Shown here piece by piece: positions 50,128 through 60,899 of a stretch of DNA of 64,000 nt; position 1 is the first letter of the stretch; each line of letters starts with the position of its first letter. This stretch comes from an uncultured Spirochaetota bacterium. Its GTDB lineage: Bacteria > Spirochaetota > Spirochaetia > SZUA-6 > Fen-1364. The position numbers and the translations under genes were made by a program. The notes beneath the pieces are model-generated. The model was not told the origin of the DNA, made no database searches, and worked only from the letters and a program-made list of their open reading frames with translations. The stretch is taken from positions 32,001 through 96,000 of the forward strand of contig CAVUXE010000053.1 of assembly GCA_963745235.1 (NCBI GenBank), in the 5' to 3' direction.

Positions 50128-51369
50128 ATGGCCCGACGGGCAGGATTGATCGCCTGCGTGGCGCTGCTGGCCGCAGCAGTCACCCAGGCCCAGGAAAAGC
50201 TGGAAATCTTCTCATGGTGGACAGGGGACAACGGCGTCGCCCTCCAGGCCCTCGTCCAGAAGTACAACTCCCTCTATCCCGATGTTGCCGTCATCAACGC
50301 GTCCGTAACGACAGGCGCGGGGGTCAATGCCCATGACGTCCTCTGGAGACGCATGCTCGTCGGAGATCCCCCGGACAGCTTCCAGGTGCGCGGCGGCCAG
50401 GACCTCATTTCCACCTGGGTCATTGCCAACCGTGTTGAGGACCTCGGCGGCTTCTACAAGACGCAGGGATGGAGCGCGGCCATCCCCCGGGACCTGACGG
50501 CGCTGCTGTCCACGAAGACCGGCACCTGGAGCGTCCCGCTGGCGGTCAACCGCAGCAACGTCCTGTGGTATGTCCCCGCGCGGCTCTCCGGCTGGGGCCT
50601 GAACCCGCCGCGGACCATGGGTGAGCTCCTGAACGCGTGTCGGAAGCTGAAGGACGCCGGCGTGGACGCGCCTCTTGCCGTGGGAGACGCATCCACGCTG
50701 GTCCACCTGTGGGAGTCAGTCGCTGTTGCCACCCTTGGGCCCGACGACTGGTCCGCCCTGTGGTCAGGGAGGTTGAAGTTCACCGACCCGAGAGTGGTCC
50801 GAGTCTGGGACACTTTCGGCAGGCTCATGGATTTCACAAACGATGGCGCGGGCGGTCTCTCCTGGCAGCAGGTCTTGGACAGGGTGGTCAAGGGAGACTC
50901 CGCGTTTGCCTTCATGGGCGACTGGACCGAAGGCTACCTGGCAGACACGCTCAAGCTCACTCCGGGAGAGGGCTTTGCCTGGATCCCGTCACCGGGCACC
51001 AACGGAATATTCGTCGCGCGGGTTGATTCATTCTGCCTCCCGAAGGGGATCAAGGACACCGCATCGGTCTTCAAATGGCTGATGATGCTGGGGACCCGGG
51101 ACGCCCAGGACGTCTTCAATTCCGTGAACGGCTCCATCTCACCGCGTCGGGATTCGGAGGTGGAGAAATACGATCCGTACTTCCGGTCAGCTGCCAAGGA
51201 TTGGAGGGAGAGCAGGATCGTCGGAAGCATGGCCCACGGCATGGTGGCCCCCAAGGAGTTCGTGACCCAGTTCGCGGACGTCGTGGACATCTATCTTGCC
51301 GCACGGGACCCTCGCGCTGCTGCCGGCGCCGTCCAGGCCATTGCGGACATGGCGCGCCTGGGCAGGTAG
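50128..51369 (+). CDS. Carbohydrate ABC substrate-binding protein (glucose/mannose GtsA-like), orphan
   Basis: LEIFSWWT, GDPPDSFQ, NRSNVLWY, MGDW, DSFCLP and GSMAHG. Confidence 0.85.
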   Translation: MARRAGLIACVALLAAAVTQAQEKLEIFSWWTGDNGVALQALVQKYNSLYPDVAVINASVTTGAGVNAHDVLWRRMLVGDPPDSFQVRGGQDLISTWVIANRVEDLGGFYKTQGWSAAIPRDLTALLSTKTGTWSVPLAVNRSNVLWYVPARLSGWGLNPPRTMGELLNACRKLKDAGVDAPLAVGDASTLVHLWESVAVATLGPDDWSALWSGRLKFTDPRVVRVWDTFGRLMDFTNDGAGGLSWQQVLDRVVKGDSAFAFMGDWTEGYLADTLKLTPGEGFAWIPSPGTNGIFVARVDSFCLPKGIKDTASVFKWLMMLGTRDAQDVFNSVNGSISPRRDSEVEKYDPYFRSAAKDWRESRIVGSMAHGMVAPKEFVTQFADVVDIYLAARDPRAAAGAVQAIADMARLGR

Positions 51370-51374
51370 GGCTC

Positions 51375-52034
51375 TCAGAGCCTCGCGCCGACAAGGAGCT
51401 GGACACTCACGGACAGGTAGGTCAGGGATACGGAGGAAAGCCCGAGGCTCTGCAGGGCTGAGAGGGAGCTGCTGTCCGCCGCGCTCAGCGGCTTGAACCC
51501 GACAAGGACCTCCGGGCGCAGGAAGAACCGGCCCAGGATGACGTCCGCGCCCACTCCGCCCATGAGCCAGAGCTCATTCAGGTCCGCCTGCTGAGCGGGC
51601 GTGAATCCAGCCTTCAAGTCGTTCCCGCTCGCATCCGTGAGCGTCAGATTGAGGTTGAGCTGCGCCCCGAGAAGGGGAAATATCAGGACACCGCCCAGAT
51701 CGATTGGATATTTGGCGAACCCCGCAATCGTAAAATACGTTGCCTCACCGTTGAAGCTGGGCGCCGTTATGGTGGCCGCGACCCCGGGCGTCGAGCCATG
51801 GTCTATCATGTAGCCGATGTCGATCTCCGCGTATGTGATGTCGAAAAAAAGCTTGCTGGCCAGGGAAACGGAGCTGCTCACTCTGTCCGTCGCGCCTCCT
51901 GAAGCCGATGCCGTGAGCTCGCTCGAAGAATACGTGGGAGCTATGCCTGCCCCCATGCTGAAGGTGAGCGCGAAGCTCTTGCCAGCGACGGCGAGGAGGA
52001 CCAGGGCGATGGACGCGCACGACAGCTTTCTCAT
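51375..52034 (-). CDS. Small outer-membrane beta-barrel protein
   Basis: Signal peptide, FFDITYAE, KYP..L....FPLLG, LW...GVG.D and terminal strand VQLLVGARL. Confidence 0.75.
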   Translation of the reverse strand: MRKLSCASIALVLLAVAGKSFALTFSMGAGIAPTYSSSELTASASGGATDRVSSSVSLASKLFFDITYAEIDIGYMIDHGSTPGVAATITAPSFNGEATYFTIAGFAKYPIDLGGVLIFPLLGAQLNLNLTLTDASGNDLKAGFTPAQQADLNELWLMGGVGADVILGRFFLRPEVLVGFKPLSAADSSSLSALQSLGLSSVSLTYLSVSVQLLVGARL

Positions 52035-52041
52035 TACAATC

Positions 52042-52590
52042 TCAGGGCGTAAAGTTTGCCTGGATAGTCGCGCTGCCGCTTGTCAGCGTGACTGTCGTTG
52101 TTGCACTTGTTGGCGCGGCGATGGTGGCAGTCCCTGACGTCACTGTCCAGTTGACAAAGGTGCCCGTGGTGGTAGCTGTGATGGAGGTCTGGGCGCCGTA
52201 GTCGACAGACACAGGTCCGAACGGCGTCGTTGTGCCGGTCCCGACGAAGTTGACGGTGAGCGTATATTGGAGGACGGAAAAATTCGCCTGGATGGCCGCA
52301 TCCCCGACGGTGAGCGTGACCGTTGTTGACGCTCCGTTGGGATTCGCGATGATTGCCGGGCCGGAAATGGTGGTCCAGTTGACGAAGCTGTACCCCGCGT
52401 AGGGAGTCGCGGAGATGTTTATGGCCTTGCCAGGGGCGACCGCGAGGCTGGGTGTGGCTGCACCCGGCGTACTGGGGCTGGGCCCGCCCTGACCCGAGAC
52501 CTGGATGGTCAGCATGAGGTAGTACAACGAGCACCCCGCGGCACCTGCCCCGAGGGCCGCGAGGATCAAGAGGCAGATGATTGTCCGACT
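52042..52590 (-). CDS. Lipoprotein with two divergent InlB B-repeat-like domains
   Basis: Lipobox AAGC; two repeats ending F.NWT..SG.A.IA.P..A.TTVTLT.G.A.IQANF. The start is uncertain; one extra G would give a GTGA overlap with araD (MSRTIICLL). Confidence 0.75.
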   Translation of the reverse strand, partial: SRTIICLLILAALGAGAAGCSLYYLMLTIQVSGQGGPSPSTPGAATPSLAVAPGKAINISATPYAGYSFVNWTTISGPAIIANPNGASTTVTLTVGDAAIQANFSVLQYTLTVNFVGTGTTTPFGPVSVDYGAQTSITATTTGTFVNWTVTSGTATIAAPTSATTTVTLTSGSATIQANFTP

Positions 52591-53329
52591 ACTTCTTCTG
52601 GCCGTAATACGCGTTTTTCCCGTGCTTTCTCCGAAAGTGCTTGTCCAGGAGGGTCTGCTTGACTCCCCTGATCCGCGGATTCACCGAGACGGAAATGGCG
52701 TTCATGCGCGCCACGAGCTCCAGGATGAAAGCGTGGTAGACGGCGGCCGCCGGGCTTGTGCCCCACGTGAAGGGTCCGTGCGATGCCACGAGGACCGCCG
52801 GCATCTCGCGATAGTCGACCCGCTTGAACGCGTTGATGATCTGGACGGCAGTCTGCTCCTCGTAGTCGAGGGCGATCTGGGCGTCCGTAATGACCTCCGT
52901 GCACGGGACGGGTCCATGGAAATAATCCGCGTGCGTCGTCCCGAGGCAGGGCAGGGGCAGCCGGGCCTGCGCCCACGCGGTGGCGTGGAGCGAGTGCGTG
53001 TGGACGACGCCTCCGATCTCGGGAAACTCCTTGTACAGCATGACATGAGTCCGGGTATCCGAGGAGGGGTTCAGGTCCCCTTCCACCCGCCTGCCTTCAA
53101 GGTCCAGGAGGACCATGTTTGACGGCGTCAGCTCTTCGTATTCAACGCCGCTGGGCTTGATGGCAATGAGCCCCAGCGCCCGATCAATCCCTGACACGTT
53201 GCCGAAAGTTGAAACCACAAGGCCTCTTTCCACCAGCTCGAGGTTGGCCTTGTAGACCGCTTCCCGCAGGATCCTTATTCCCTGCTGGTTCTTTTTCTTC
53301 GGCCTCTTCATTGTCACCGTTGCCTTCAT
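52589..53329 (-). CDS. araD: L-ribulose-5-phosphate 4-epimerase
   Basis: GNVS, IKPSGV, PSSDT.TH, HTHS, GTTHADYFHG, HGPFTWG and RKHGKNAYYGQ. Confidence 0.95.
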   Translation of the reverse strand: MKATVTMKRPKKKNQQGIRILREAVYKANLELVERGLVVSTFGNVSGIDRALGLIAIKPSGVEYEELTPSNMVLLDLEGRRVEGDLNPSSDTRTHVMLYKEFPEIGGVVHTHSLHATAWAQARLPLPCLGTTHADYFHGPVPCTEVITDAQIALDYEEQTAVQIINAFKRVDYREMPAVLVASHGPFTWGTSPAAAVYHAFILELVARMNAISVSVNPRIRGVKQTLLDKHFRRKHGKNAYYGQKK

Positions 53330-55021
53330 GCTTTTCCCAGGGTCTGGAGAAGCCCCTGCAGGCTTTCCCCCAGGCTCACGTATTTCTTGTACAGCGTGTT
53401 GTACACCTCGACCTTTTTGCGGTCCGGGACAAACGTCTTGTCGAACCCGCTTCCCATTTTCTTCTGCGCATCAGACACGTTCTTGTAGACGCCCGCGGCA
53501 ACGGCAGCGAACATTCCCGCTCCCAGGGCCACCGCCTGGTCCGATGCGGCAACCTTGATGGGCATGCCCAGGACGTCAGCCGTGACCTGCATGACGAAAG
53601 GGCTCTTGCGGGAGATCCCGCCGATGCCAATGACCGCGTCGATGGGCACTCCCTGCCTGCGGAACTGCTCCACGATGGCCCGGGAGCCGAACGCCGTGGC
53701 TTCCACGAGCGCGCGGAAGATCTTCGGCGCCGTGGTTCCCAGCGTGAGCCCGACGATGGCGCCCTTCAGGGTCTGGTCCGCAAACGGCGTCCTCCTCCCG
53801 TTGAGCCAGTCCAGGGCCACCACGGTGGACTCCGCGGGGTCCACTTTCTCCGCTTCCTCGGCAAGCCGGTCCAGGATTGCGTCCTCGATCTCCTGCTTCA
53901 GCTTCGCGGCGGCAGCTCCGCGCGCGCCCTTGGCGGACGCCGGCGCCACGGCAGTGAGGGGCCAGGCCAGGATGTCCTTGAACCATGCGTACACGTCGCC
54001 GAAGGCGGACTGCCCGGCTTCCAGGCCGATCATGCCGGGAATGATGGAGCCGTCCACCTGCCCGCAGATGCCCGGCACGGTTTTCGCGCCGAAGGCTTTT
54101 GGCGGGACAACCATCATGTCGCAGGTCGAGGTCCCCATGATCTTCACCAGGGTGCGGCCGGTGATCTGACCTCCCACGCCGCCCATGTGAGCGTCGAATG
54201 CCCCCACGGCCACGGCCGTGCCCGGAGTCAGCCCGAGGCGCTTCGCCCACTCGTCCGTGAGCCCTCCCGCCTTGACGTCGGAGGTCTAGGTTTCCGTGAA
54301 CAACCGGGCGCGCAGTCCCTTGAGAACCGGGTCGAGCTTGACGAGGAACTGCTCGGGGGGAAGACCTCCCCACTCCGGGTGCCACATGGCCTTGTGCCCG
54401 GCCGCGCACCTGCTGCGCTTCATGGTCAACGGATCCGTGGTCCCCGTCAGGAGAGCGGCCATCCAGTCGCAGTGCTCCACCCAGGAGAAGGCCGCTGCGC
54501 GGACCTTCTTGTCCTCTCGGAGCACATGGAGGATCTTCGACCAGAACCATTCCGAGGAGTAGACGCCGCCCTCGTACCTGGTGAAGTCCGTTCCGCCCCA
54601 GCGTGCGTGATACCGTGTTGATGAGCTCGGCTTCCTTGACCGCCGTGTGATCCTTCCAGAGGACGAACATCGCGTTGGGGTTCTCCTCGAAGCCTTTCGT
54701 GAGGGCGAGCGGAGATCCGTCGCGGTCCACGGCGCAGGGCGTGGATCCGGTGGTGTCGATCCCGATGCCGACCACCCGGGCGCCCGCCTTCTTCCCGACC
54801 TTCGCAAGGGCTCCCCTGACGGATTGCTCCATCCCCTCGATGTAGTCCCGGGGATGCTGGCGGAACATGTTCTTCGCCGGGTCGCAGTACTTTCCAGCCG
54901 CCCAGCGCTTGTACCATGCCACCTCGTTCGCGAGCTCGGTGCCCTTCTCCGCATCGATGACCATGGCGCGGACCGAGTCGGTCCCGAAGTCCATACCGAT
55001 GATAAGCTTCCCCGACATCAT
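53326..55021 (-). CDS. araB: Ribulokinase; frameshift near 54605 and in-frame TAG at 54286-54288
   Basis: [58 protein letters not shown] and [10 protein letters not shown]. Confidence 0.92.
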
Positions 55022-55045
55022 CCTTTTCCCCCTCTGGTTGTGGCT

Positions 55046-56580
55046 TCAGTTTTCTTTCCTGCTCTGGGCCGGGCACGGCCCGCGGGCCGTGCCTCCCGCG
55101 CTTCCTCCCGCGGCCGGCTGCGCCCTGCCCGGCGGAAACCTGCCCTCCCGCTCGGCGCCCGTGGATGCCGCCTCCCGATCATGGTTGTACACATCCCACA
55201 CAAGGTACCGGGAAAATGCCTCTTCGATGACAGGGGCGATACGGGAAGGATTGATGGCAACGTGATGCTCGAACCCCCGTGAGCAGATGTGGCGCAGCAG
55301 CGCCTGCAGTCGAGGGATCCGCGCCACCGCGTAGCCGCCGAACGTGTTGATGGGGTCCGTGGTGATCTCCCCCTCCCCGACGTACGCGCGGATTCTGCCC
55401 GGCGAAGTCGTCCGTGGAAACCCGGCAGTAGGTGAAGTCAGTGGGCGCGAGCCGGCCCACGACGGTCCCGTAGGTTTTCTCCCTGCCCACGGTCCCCGCG
55501 AGGATCTCCTGGTAGTCCATGACTCCCTTGTTCGCGAAGAACTCCTGGGGAAAGTTGCTGCAGTGGAAGAGCACGCACTTGTCCGGGTCATCGGAGTAGT
55601 TGTTGTTCCAGTCCGCCATGCCGCTGGGCCTTCCCGACGCCTGGATCATTGCATACATCCCCAGGAGCCCGCTGATGTCCGTTTCGCACGCCGACGGGGA
55701 AAGGGCATTGCTCAGCATGCTCATCACGGTGCAGGGAACCACCCCGAAGTTCTCCTCCATCGACGTCCAGCACTGAATCGCGGTGCCGGAAAGCTCCCGC
55801 TCCGCGATGTACTGGTCCAGCACCACGGCGAACTTGGCCATGCGCACCAGGGATTCCCGGGGGATTCTGGTCGTCTTCACGTAGTCCCGGATCTCGTCCA
55901 GCTTGGAGAGCACGGAGGACTCCTTGTCGTTCAGGCCCCACGCGCGGCCGAAAATCTCCGAGAGGTCTATGCTCTCCACGGAGATTCCCGTCCGTTCCAG
56001 GAGCTTCTCGCTGTAGCGCACGGTGGCGAAAGCCGCCGGTCGGGCGCCGATCTGCGCGAAGCGGGCCTTTCGCATTCCCTTCACCACCCGGCATGTCCCC
56101 GCGAACTCTCGCAGGTCGGACGCGGAACGCTTCTGACTCCGGGTCCATGGTGTGCTCCGAGGTGAGGGAGTAGCGAATGCCGTACTGGGTGAGGTTGTTG
56201 CATGCGGACATCTTGCCGCAGAAGCTGTCCCGCCGGTGCTCGATTGCCATCCGTCCCGGCTCATCGGGGAACGCGTGGACCAGCACCGGGACATCCAGCC
56301 CCGACAGCTTGATGGTATCCGCGATCCCGCGCTCATCACCGAAGTTCGGGAGGGTGACAAGGATTCCGTCGATCTTCTCCCGGTTGGCCTTGAAGAGCTC
56401 CGCGCACTTTTTCGCATCCGCATGGGATTCCACGGATCCGAACTTCGTGTCCTTCGGGCCCAGCGCCACCGCTTCCAGCCCTTCCTCCTTGAGGACCGAA
56501 AGGATGATCTTTCTTCCCTGCTCGCAAAGCTCGGCCGGGAAAAAGCCCCGGTTGCCGACAAGCACACCGAGCGTGGTCAT
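55046..56580 (-). CDS. L-fucose/L-arabinose isomerase family protein (probable arabinose isomerase); frameshifts near 56125 and 55400
   Basis: [40 protein letters not shown] and GFEHH; first gene upstream of araB-araD; 3' end uncertain. Confidence 0.85.
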
Positions 56581-56622
56581 GACGCACTCCTTTTTCGTTT
56601 TCAGCAGAGACGGGTTTCAAAG

Positions 56623-56652
56623 ACGATAATTCGGGTGGCCAGGGAAAGTCAA
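56623..56652 (-). promoter_or_regulatory. Promoter of the arabinose operon
   Basis: TTGACT-18bp-TATCGT upstream of an AGGAG RBS. Confidence 0.5.
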
Positions 56653-58279
56653 GGAGAGGCAGAGATCCGGGAAGAAGGTACGCCATGATCATGGTGATGG
56701 CGCTGACGATCAGGGCCATCGCCACGCTGTGTCCGATGGTGGACCTGAGGATCACGCCCTCCTGGCGCGGCAGCCTGGCGGAGACGGTTGCCACCGAGAT
56801 GCTCTGGGGAGAGATCATCTTGCCGGCGACCCCGCCGGTGGCATTCGCGGCCACGGCCAGTCCCGGGCTCATCCCCAGGTTTTCCGCCGTTGTGCGCTGG
56901 AGGGAGCCGAAGAGGGCGTTCGACGAGGTATCAGAGCCCGAGAGAAGGACGCCGAGCCAGCCCAGGAGCGGCGAAAACAGGGGGAAGAGGGCCCCTGTCG
57001 CGGCCAGGGCAAGGCCGAGGGATGAGTTCATCCCGGAGAAGTTCATGACGTACGCGGTTGCCAGGACGCAGCAGACGGTGGCTATGGTCCCTTTCAGGCT
57101 TGCGATGGTCCGGCCCAGGCATGCCAGCCCCTTCCGCGGCCCCATACCCGGGAGGATGAACATGGAAAGCGCACCGGCGAGGAAGATGGCCGTGCCCGGA
57201 GCTGAGAAAACGGCAAACGAGTACAGCGCCCGGTAGGGCGTCACGGAGGCGACAGCGGGCGGGGCCCGCAGAATCCGTCCGTCCAGGAACGGCCATGCAA
57301 AGGTGATGTCAAGGCGCTGCAGGGCGTGGCGAACCGGGCCGGCCGCCCAGAGGAGGACCAGGAGCGACATGAGCAGGTACGGCGCCCACGCCCGCAGGAC
57401 TGAGATGCCGGGCGCTGAGGCAGCTCCCGTCAGCCTGGCTTTTGCGCCGGGGAAATCCCACGCATTTCGCGGCTTCCAGATCTTGAAGAAAAGCCACAGC
57501 CCTGCAAGCGTGACGATTGCCGAGAGGAGCCCGGCGGTCCACGGCCCGTTGTATGTCGAGATCAGGAGCTGCGTGCCGGCGAAGAGACAGCCGGCGACGA
57601 GGATGGCAGGCAGGACCTCGAGGCTTCTTCTCCAGCCGCAGAGAACGACGCACAGCCACAGCGGCACAAGGAGCGTCAGCGGGGTGACCATGCGCGCGAT
57701 GACCCGTCCCAGCATGATCACGTCCAGGCCGCTGACGGCGGCTGCGGCGGCTACGGGAACGCCCGCGGCGGCGAACGCCACGGGCGCGCTGTTGGCAAGC
57801 AGGCAGATCGTGGCCGCGGGTCGGGACTCGAAGCCCAGCCCTACCAGCATTGCCGCCGTGATGGCCACCGGCGTGCCGAATCCCCCTGCGCCTTCCAGGA
57901 ACGCTCCGAAGGCGAAGGCAATGAAGATCGCCTGCAGCCGTCTGTCAGAGGTGATCGAGGCGAGGGTGGAGCGGATCAGGTCGAACTGGCCGGAGGCCAC
58001 GCACAGCTCGTGGACCCACAGGGCAGAAACCACGATCCACAGGATGGGGAGCACGGCGAAGGCCACGCCAAAGAGCGCCGAAGCCGCGGCGGGAACAGGC
58101 GGCATGCCCCAGAGGCCGACGCCAAGGGCAAGCGCCGCGACCAGCGAGGAGAGCGCGGATGCCCACCCGGGGAGCCTGCCCCAGGCAAGGAGGACGAAGA
58201 TGACGACAAGAGGGACCGCGGCAGCGAGGGCTGAGAAGGCAAGGCTTCCAAGGGGAGCGTACGCCTGGGTCCACGCCAT
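56649..58279 (-). CDS. lctP: L-lactate permease (LctP family)
   Basis: DRRLQA..FGAFLEGAGGFGTP, LANSAPVAF, GSDTSSNALFG.LQ and GKMISPQSI; natural end near 56650, although the ORF as given reads through to 56336. Confidence 0.88.
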
Positions 58280-58382
58280 GGGACGCCCAGTTGATCATGT
58301 CCACCGCCGTTTGTCTACCCGGATTCGACCTCCGAGTCTCCGGGCGGTCTTCCGACTGGGCCTCGCTGCTCGAGGTTCTTTC

Positions 58383-59513
58383 TCAGCCGCCGAACTCCGC
58401 GGCAATGCGCTTCATCCACTCGTGCACGGGGACTTCCTGCGGGCACTTGCCCTCGCATTCCAGGCATTCGGTGCACGCCCCGGCGCGCGCGGAGGGCGGG
58501 AAGAACCCGAACTCGCGCCTGGCCTCCCCGGGGTTCGAAAACGCCACGGCCTTGTTGTAGACGTCGAGCACCCGCGGGATGTTCACGCCGCTTGAGCACG
58601 GCATGCAGTAGTTGCACTGCGTGCAGGGGATGGGGCGAAGCTTCTCGTATGCGGCGGCCACCTCGCGCACGATGTCGAGCTCCCGGGCAGAGAGCGAGCC
58701 CACGGCCGCATTCTCCGCGCTTGCAAGGTTCTCCTGGACGTGCGCCATGTTGCTCATCCCGCTCAGGACGGTGCTGACCTCGGGCTTGTTCCATACCCAC
58801 TGCAGCGCCCAGTCCGCCGGCGTCCGGCTCTTCGGAGCCTTGTCCCAGAGGGTCTTCACCGGCGGCGGCGGGTTCACGAGATTGCCTCCCATGAGAGGCT
58901 CCATCACGGAAACCGCAAGCCCTTTCCCGGCGGCGTACCGAAGCCCGGCCGTTCCTGCCTGGACCTGCTCGCTCGCATAATTGTAGAAGATCATGCAGAA
59001 GGTCCACCTGTCCCAGGCGTCCACGATCTCCTTGAATGCCGAGAGCTCGTCATGGAAGGAGAAGCCCAGCCACCCGATCCGCCCGGCGGCCACCTGGCGT
59101 TCGACCCATTCCTGGACGCCGAGCTCCCGGCCTTTCTTCCACGTCCCCCTGCTCAATGAGTGCAGCAGGTACAGATCGACATGGTCCGTCTGCAGCCTGT
59201 CCAGCTGCTCGTTGAACAACCTGTCGAAGTCCCCCGGCTGCTTCACAAGCCACATCGGCATCTTGTCGGCGAGCTTCACCTTCTGGCGATACCCGTCCTT
59301 CAGGGCCTTGCCGAGTGCAACCTCGCTTCTCCCCCCGTGATAGGGGTACGCCGTGTCCACGTAGTTGACCCCGGCATCTACCGCGGAACGGATCATGCGG
59401 ATGGCGAGCTGCTCATCCACCTTCTCCGGGGCCCCGAGGGTGGGAAGCCTCATGCAGCCGAAAGCGAGAGCGGAAGCGTTCCACCCGGTGCGGCCAAAGC
59501 TCCTGTATTTCAT
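58383..59513 (-). CDS. Aldo/keto reductase with C-terminal 4Fe-4S domain
   Basis: FGCMRLP, DTAYPYH, GFSFHD, MEPL.GG, CTQCNYCMPC and CTECLECEGKCPQ. Confidence 0.9.
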   Translation of the reverse strand: MKYRSFGRTGWNASALAFGCMRLPTLGAPEKVDEQLAIRMIRSAVDAGVNYVDTAYPYHGGRSEVALGKALKDGYRQKVKLADKMPMWLVKQPGDFDRLFNEQLDRLQTDHVDLYLLHSLSRGTWKKGRELGVQEWVERQVAAGRIGWLGFSFHDELSAFKEIVDAWDRWTFCMIFYNYASEQVQAGTAGLRYAAGKGLAVSVMEPLMGGNLVNPPPPVKTLWDKAPKSRTPADWALQWVWNKPEVSTVLSGMSNMAHVQENLASAENAAVGSLSARELDIVREVAAAYEKLRPIPCTQCNYCMPCSSGVNIPRVLDVYNKAVAFSNPGEARREFGFFPPSARAGACTECLECEGKCPQEVPVHEWMKRIAAEFGG

Positions 59514-59522
59514 GACGATCTC

Positions 59523-60815
59523 CTATGATTTCTTTTCAAACCGGCTGTTGGACAGAAGAAGCGCAAGAATGAACCCGATGACCAGGAAGCCGCCGCTCGC
59601 CAGAAAGGCGAGCGTGGATGCCCGGTCGGGAACCTTGTCTTTCAGGACAGCGACGATCTGCGGGCCCACGATGCCGCCCGCAGACCACGCGGTGAGGATT
59701 GCGCCGTACACGGCCGGCATGAGGCGCGGACCGAACACGTCGCCAATGAATCGCCGGCATGGTGCCGAAGCCGCCCCCGTAGCACAGGAGCACCCAGCAC
59801 GCGAGGACGGCGAAGAGCCAGGGATTCCCGGCGATGGCGAGAACCGCAAACACGATGATGCCCGAGCCGAGCATGATCCGGAAGGTCTGCGCCCTGCCGA
59901 TCCGGTCCGAGACGGCGCCCCAGAAAAACCTGCCAACTCCGTTGAACAGTGAGCTGACGGCAATGAGCGTGGCGCCGAAGCCCGCCAGGGCGAGCGCGGA
60001 GAGAGTCGGGTTCGTGCCCTTCAGAAGGCTCTGCAGCAGCGGGGACTGAAAGCTGATGATCGAGATGCCCGCTGTAATGTTGCAGAAGAACACGACCCAC
60101 AGGAGCGCGAACCGGCCGGAGAAGATCGCCTTCGAGGCGGAGACGTCGTCTTCGACCCTGGGGCCGCGCGTGTTTGAACCGGCGGGGAATACCCCCTGGG
60201 CAGCCACCCCGCCGGCGGGTCCTGCATGAACCAGGCAGAACCGACCGCCAGGACGACAAACACCGCCGCAAGAAGGAAGAAGACAGGGACCAGGCTGGCG
60301 CCGCCGGTGATCGAAAGGAAAAGAGGGGCAAGCAGCTTGCTCATGAAGAGCGCGCCGAGGCCGAACCCCATGATGACCATGCCGGTGGCGAGCCCCTTCT
60401 TGTCGGGGAACCATTTTGCAACCGTCGCAACGGGGGTCACGTAGCCCAGTCCGAGGCCGATCCCCCCTATCACGCCGTAGCCCAGATACAGGAGCGGCAG
60501 AGACTTGATGCTCAACGCCACGCCGCCCAGCGCGTAGCCCAGCGCAAAGAGCAGGCCTCCCCACATGGCCATTTTCCGCGGACCGATTCTCGAGAGCCAT
60601 GTCCCTCCCCAGGCCGCGGTAATCCCGAGGAAGAGGATGGCAAAGGAAAAGATCCACGCGACTTCGCTGTTCGACCAGCCGAAATCCGCCTTGAATTGGC
60701 GCACCAGGAGGTCCTGGAAAAAGCTCCAGGCGTAGACGGTGCCCAGGCAGAGCATGAGGACCACGCCCATTGCTGCGATCAACCAGCGATTCGCGGTCTG
60801 CGATTTGTCGGCCAT
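59523..60815 (-). CDS. OFA-family MFS transporter; frameshifts near 60165 and 59745
   Basis: CLGTVYAWS, GLGYVTPVA..KWFPDKKG, FNGVGRFFWG..SDRIGR and YGGGFG. Confidence 0.88.
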
Positions 60816-60869
60816 ACGGATGCCTCTCTTTTTCTGGCAGGGCTGCTTTGAATGTGCGGGCTTGATCAG

Positions 60870-60899
60870 TGATATATCAGATTCGCGGCGAATTGTCAA
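60870..60899 (-). promoter_or_regulatory. Promoter with palindromic operator TGATATATCA
   Basis: TTGACA at 60899-60894; perfect 10-bp palindrome 60870-60879 over the -10 region. Confidence 0.55.

Noticed and set aside
54286-54288. Pyrrolysine or stop-codon reassignment at the araB TAG
   Set aside because: Many genes here end normally in TAG, no pyl genes are seen, and one substitution restores Trp or Tyr.
55025-55180. GC-rich stretch between the isomerase and araB as a riboswitch or ncRNA
   Set aside because: No recognisable aptamer consensus, and it is open in the isomerase frame. An Infernal/Rfam search would be needed to exclude it fully.
56336-56650. LctP C-terminal extension overlapping the isomerase
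   Set aside because: Family similarity ends near 56660 and the extension crosses the ara promoter and RBS, so it is probably a missed stop caused by an indel.
2540-60170. About 20 single-base frameshifts as programmed frameshifting, phase variation or mass pseudogenisation
   Set aside because: They hit unrelated genes, some in homopolymers or as compensating pairs, with no shared slippery motif. An unpolished long-read consensus is the simpler explanation.
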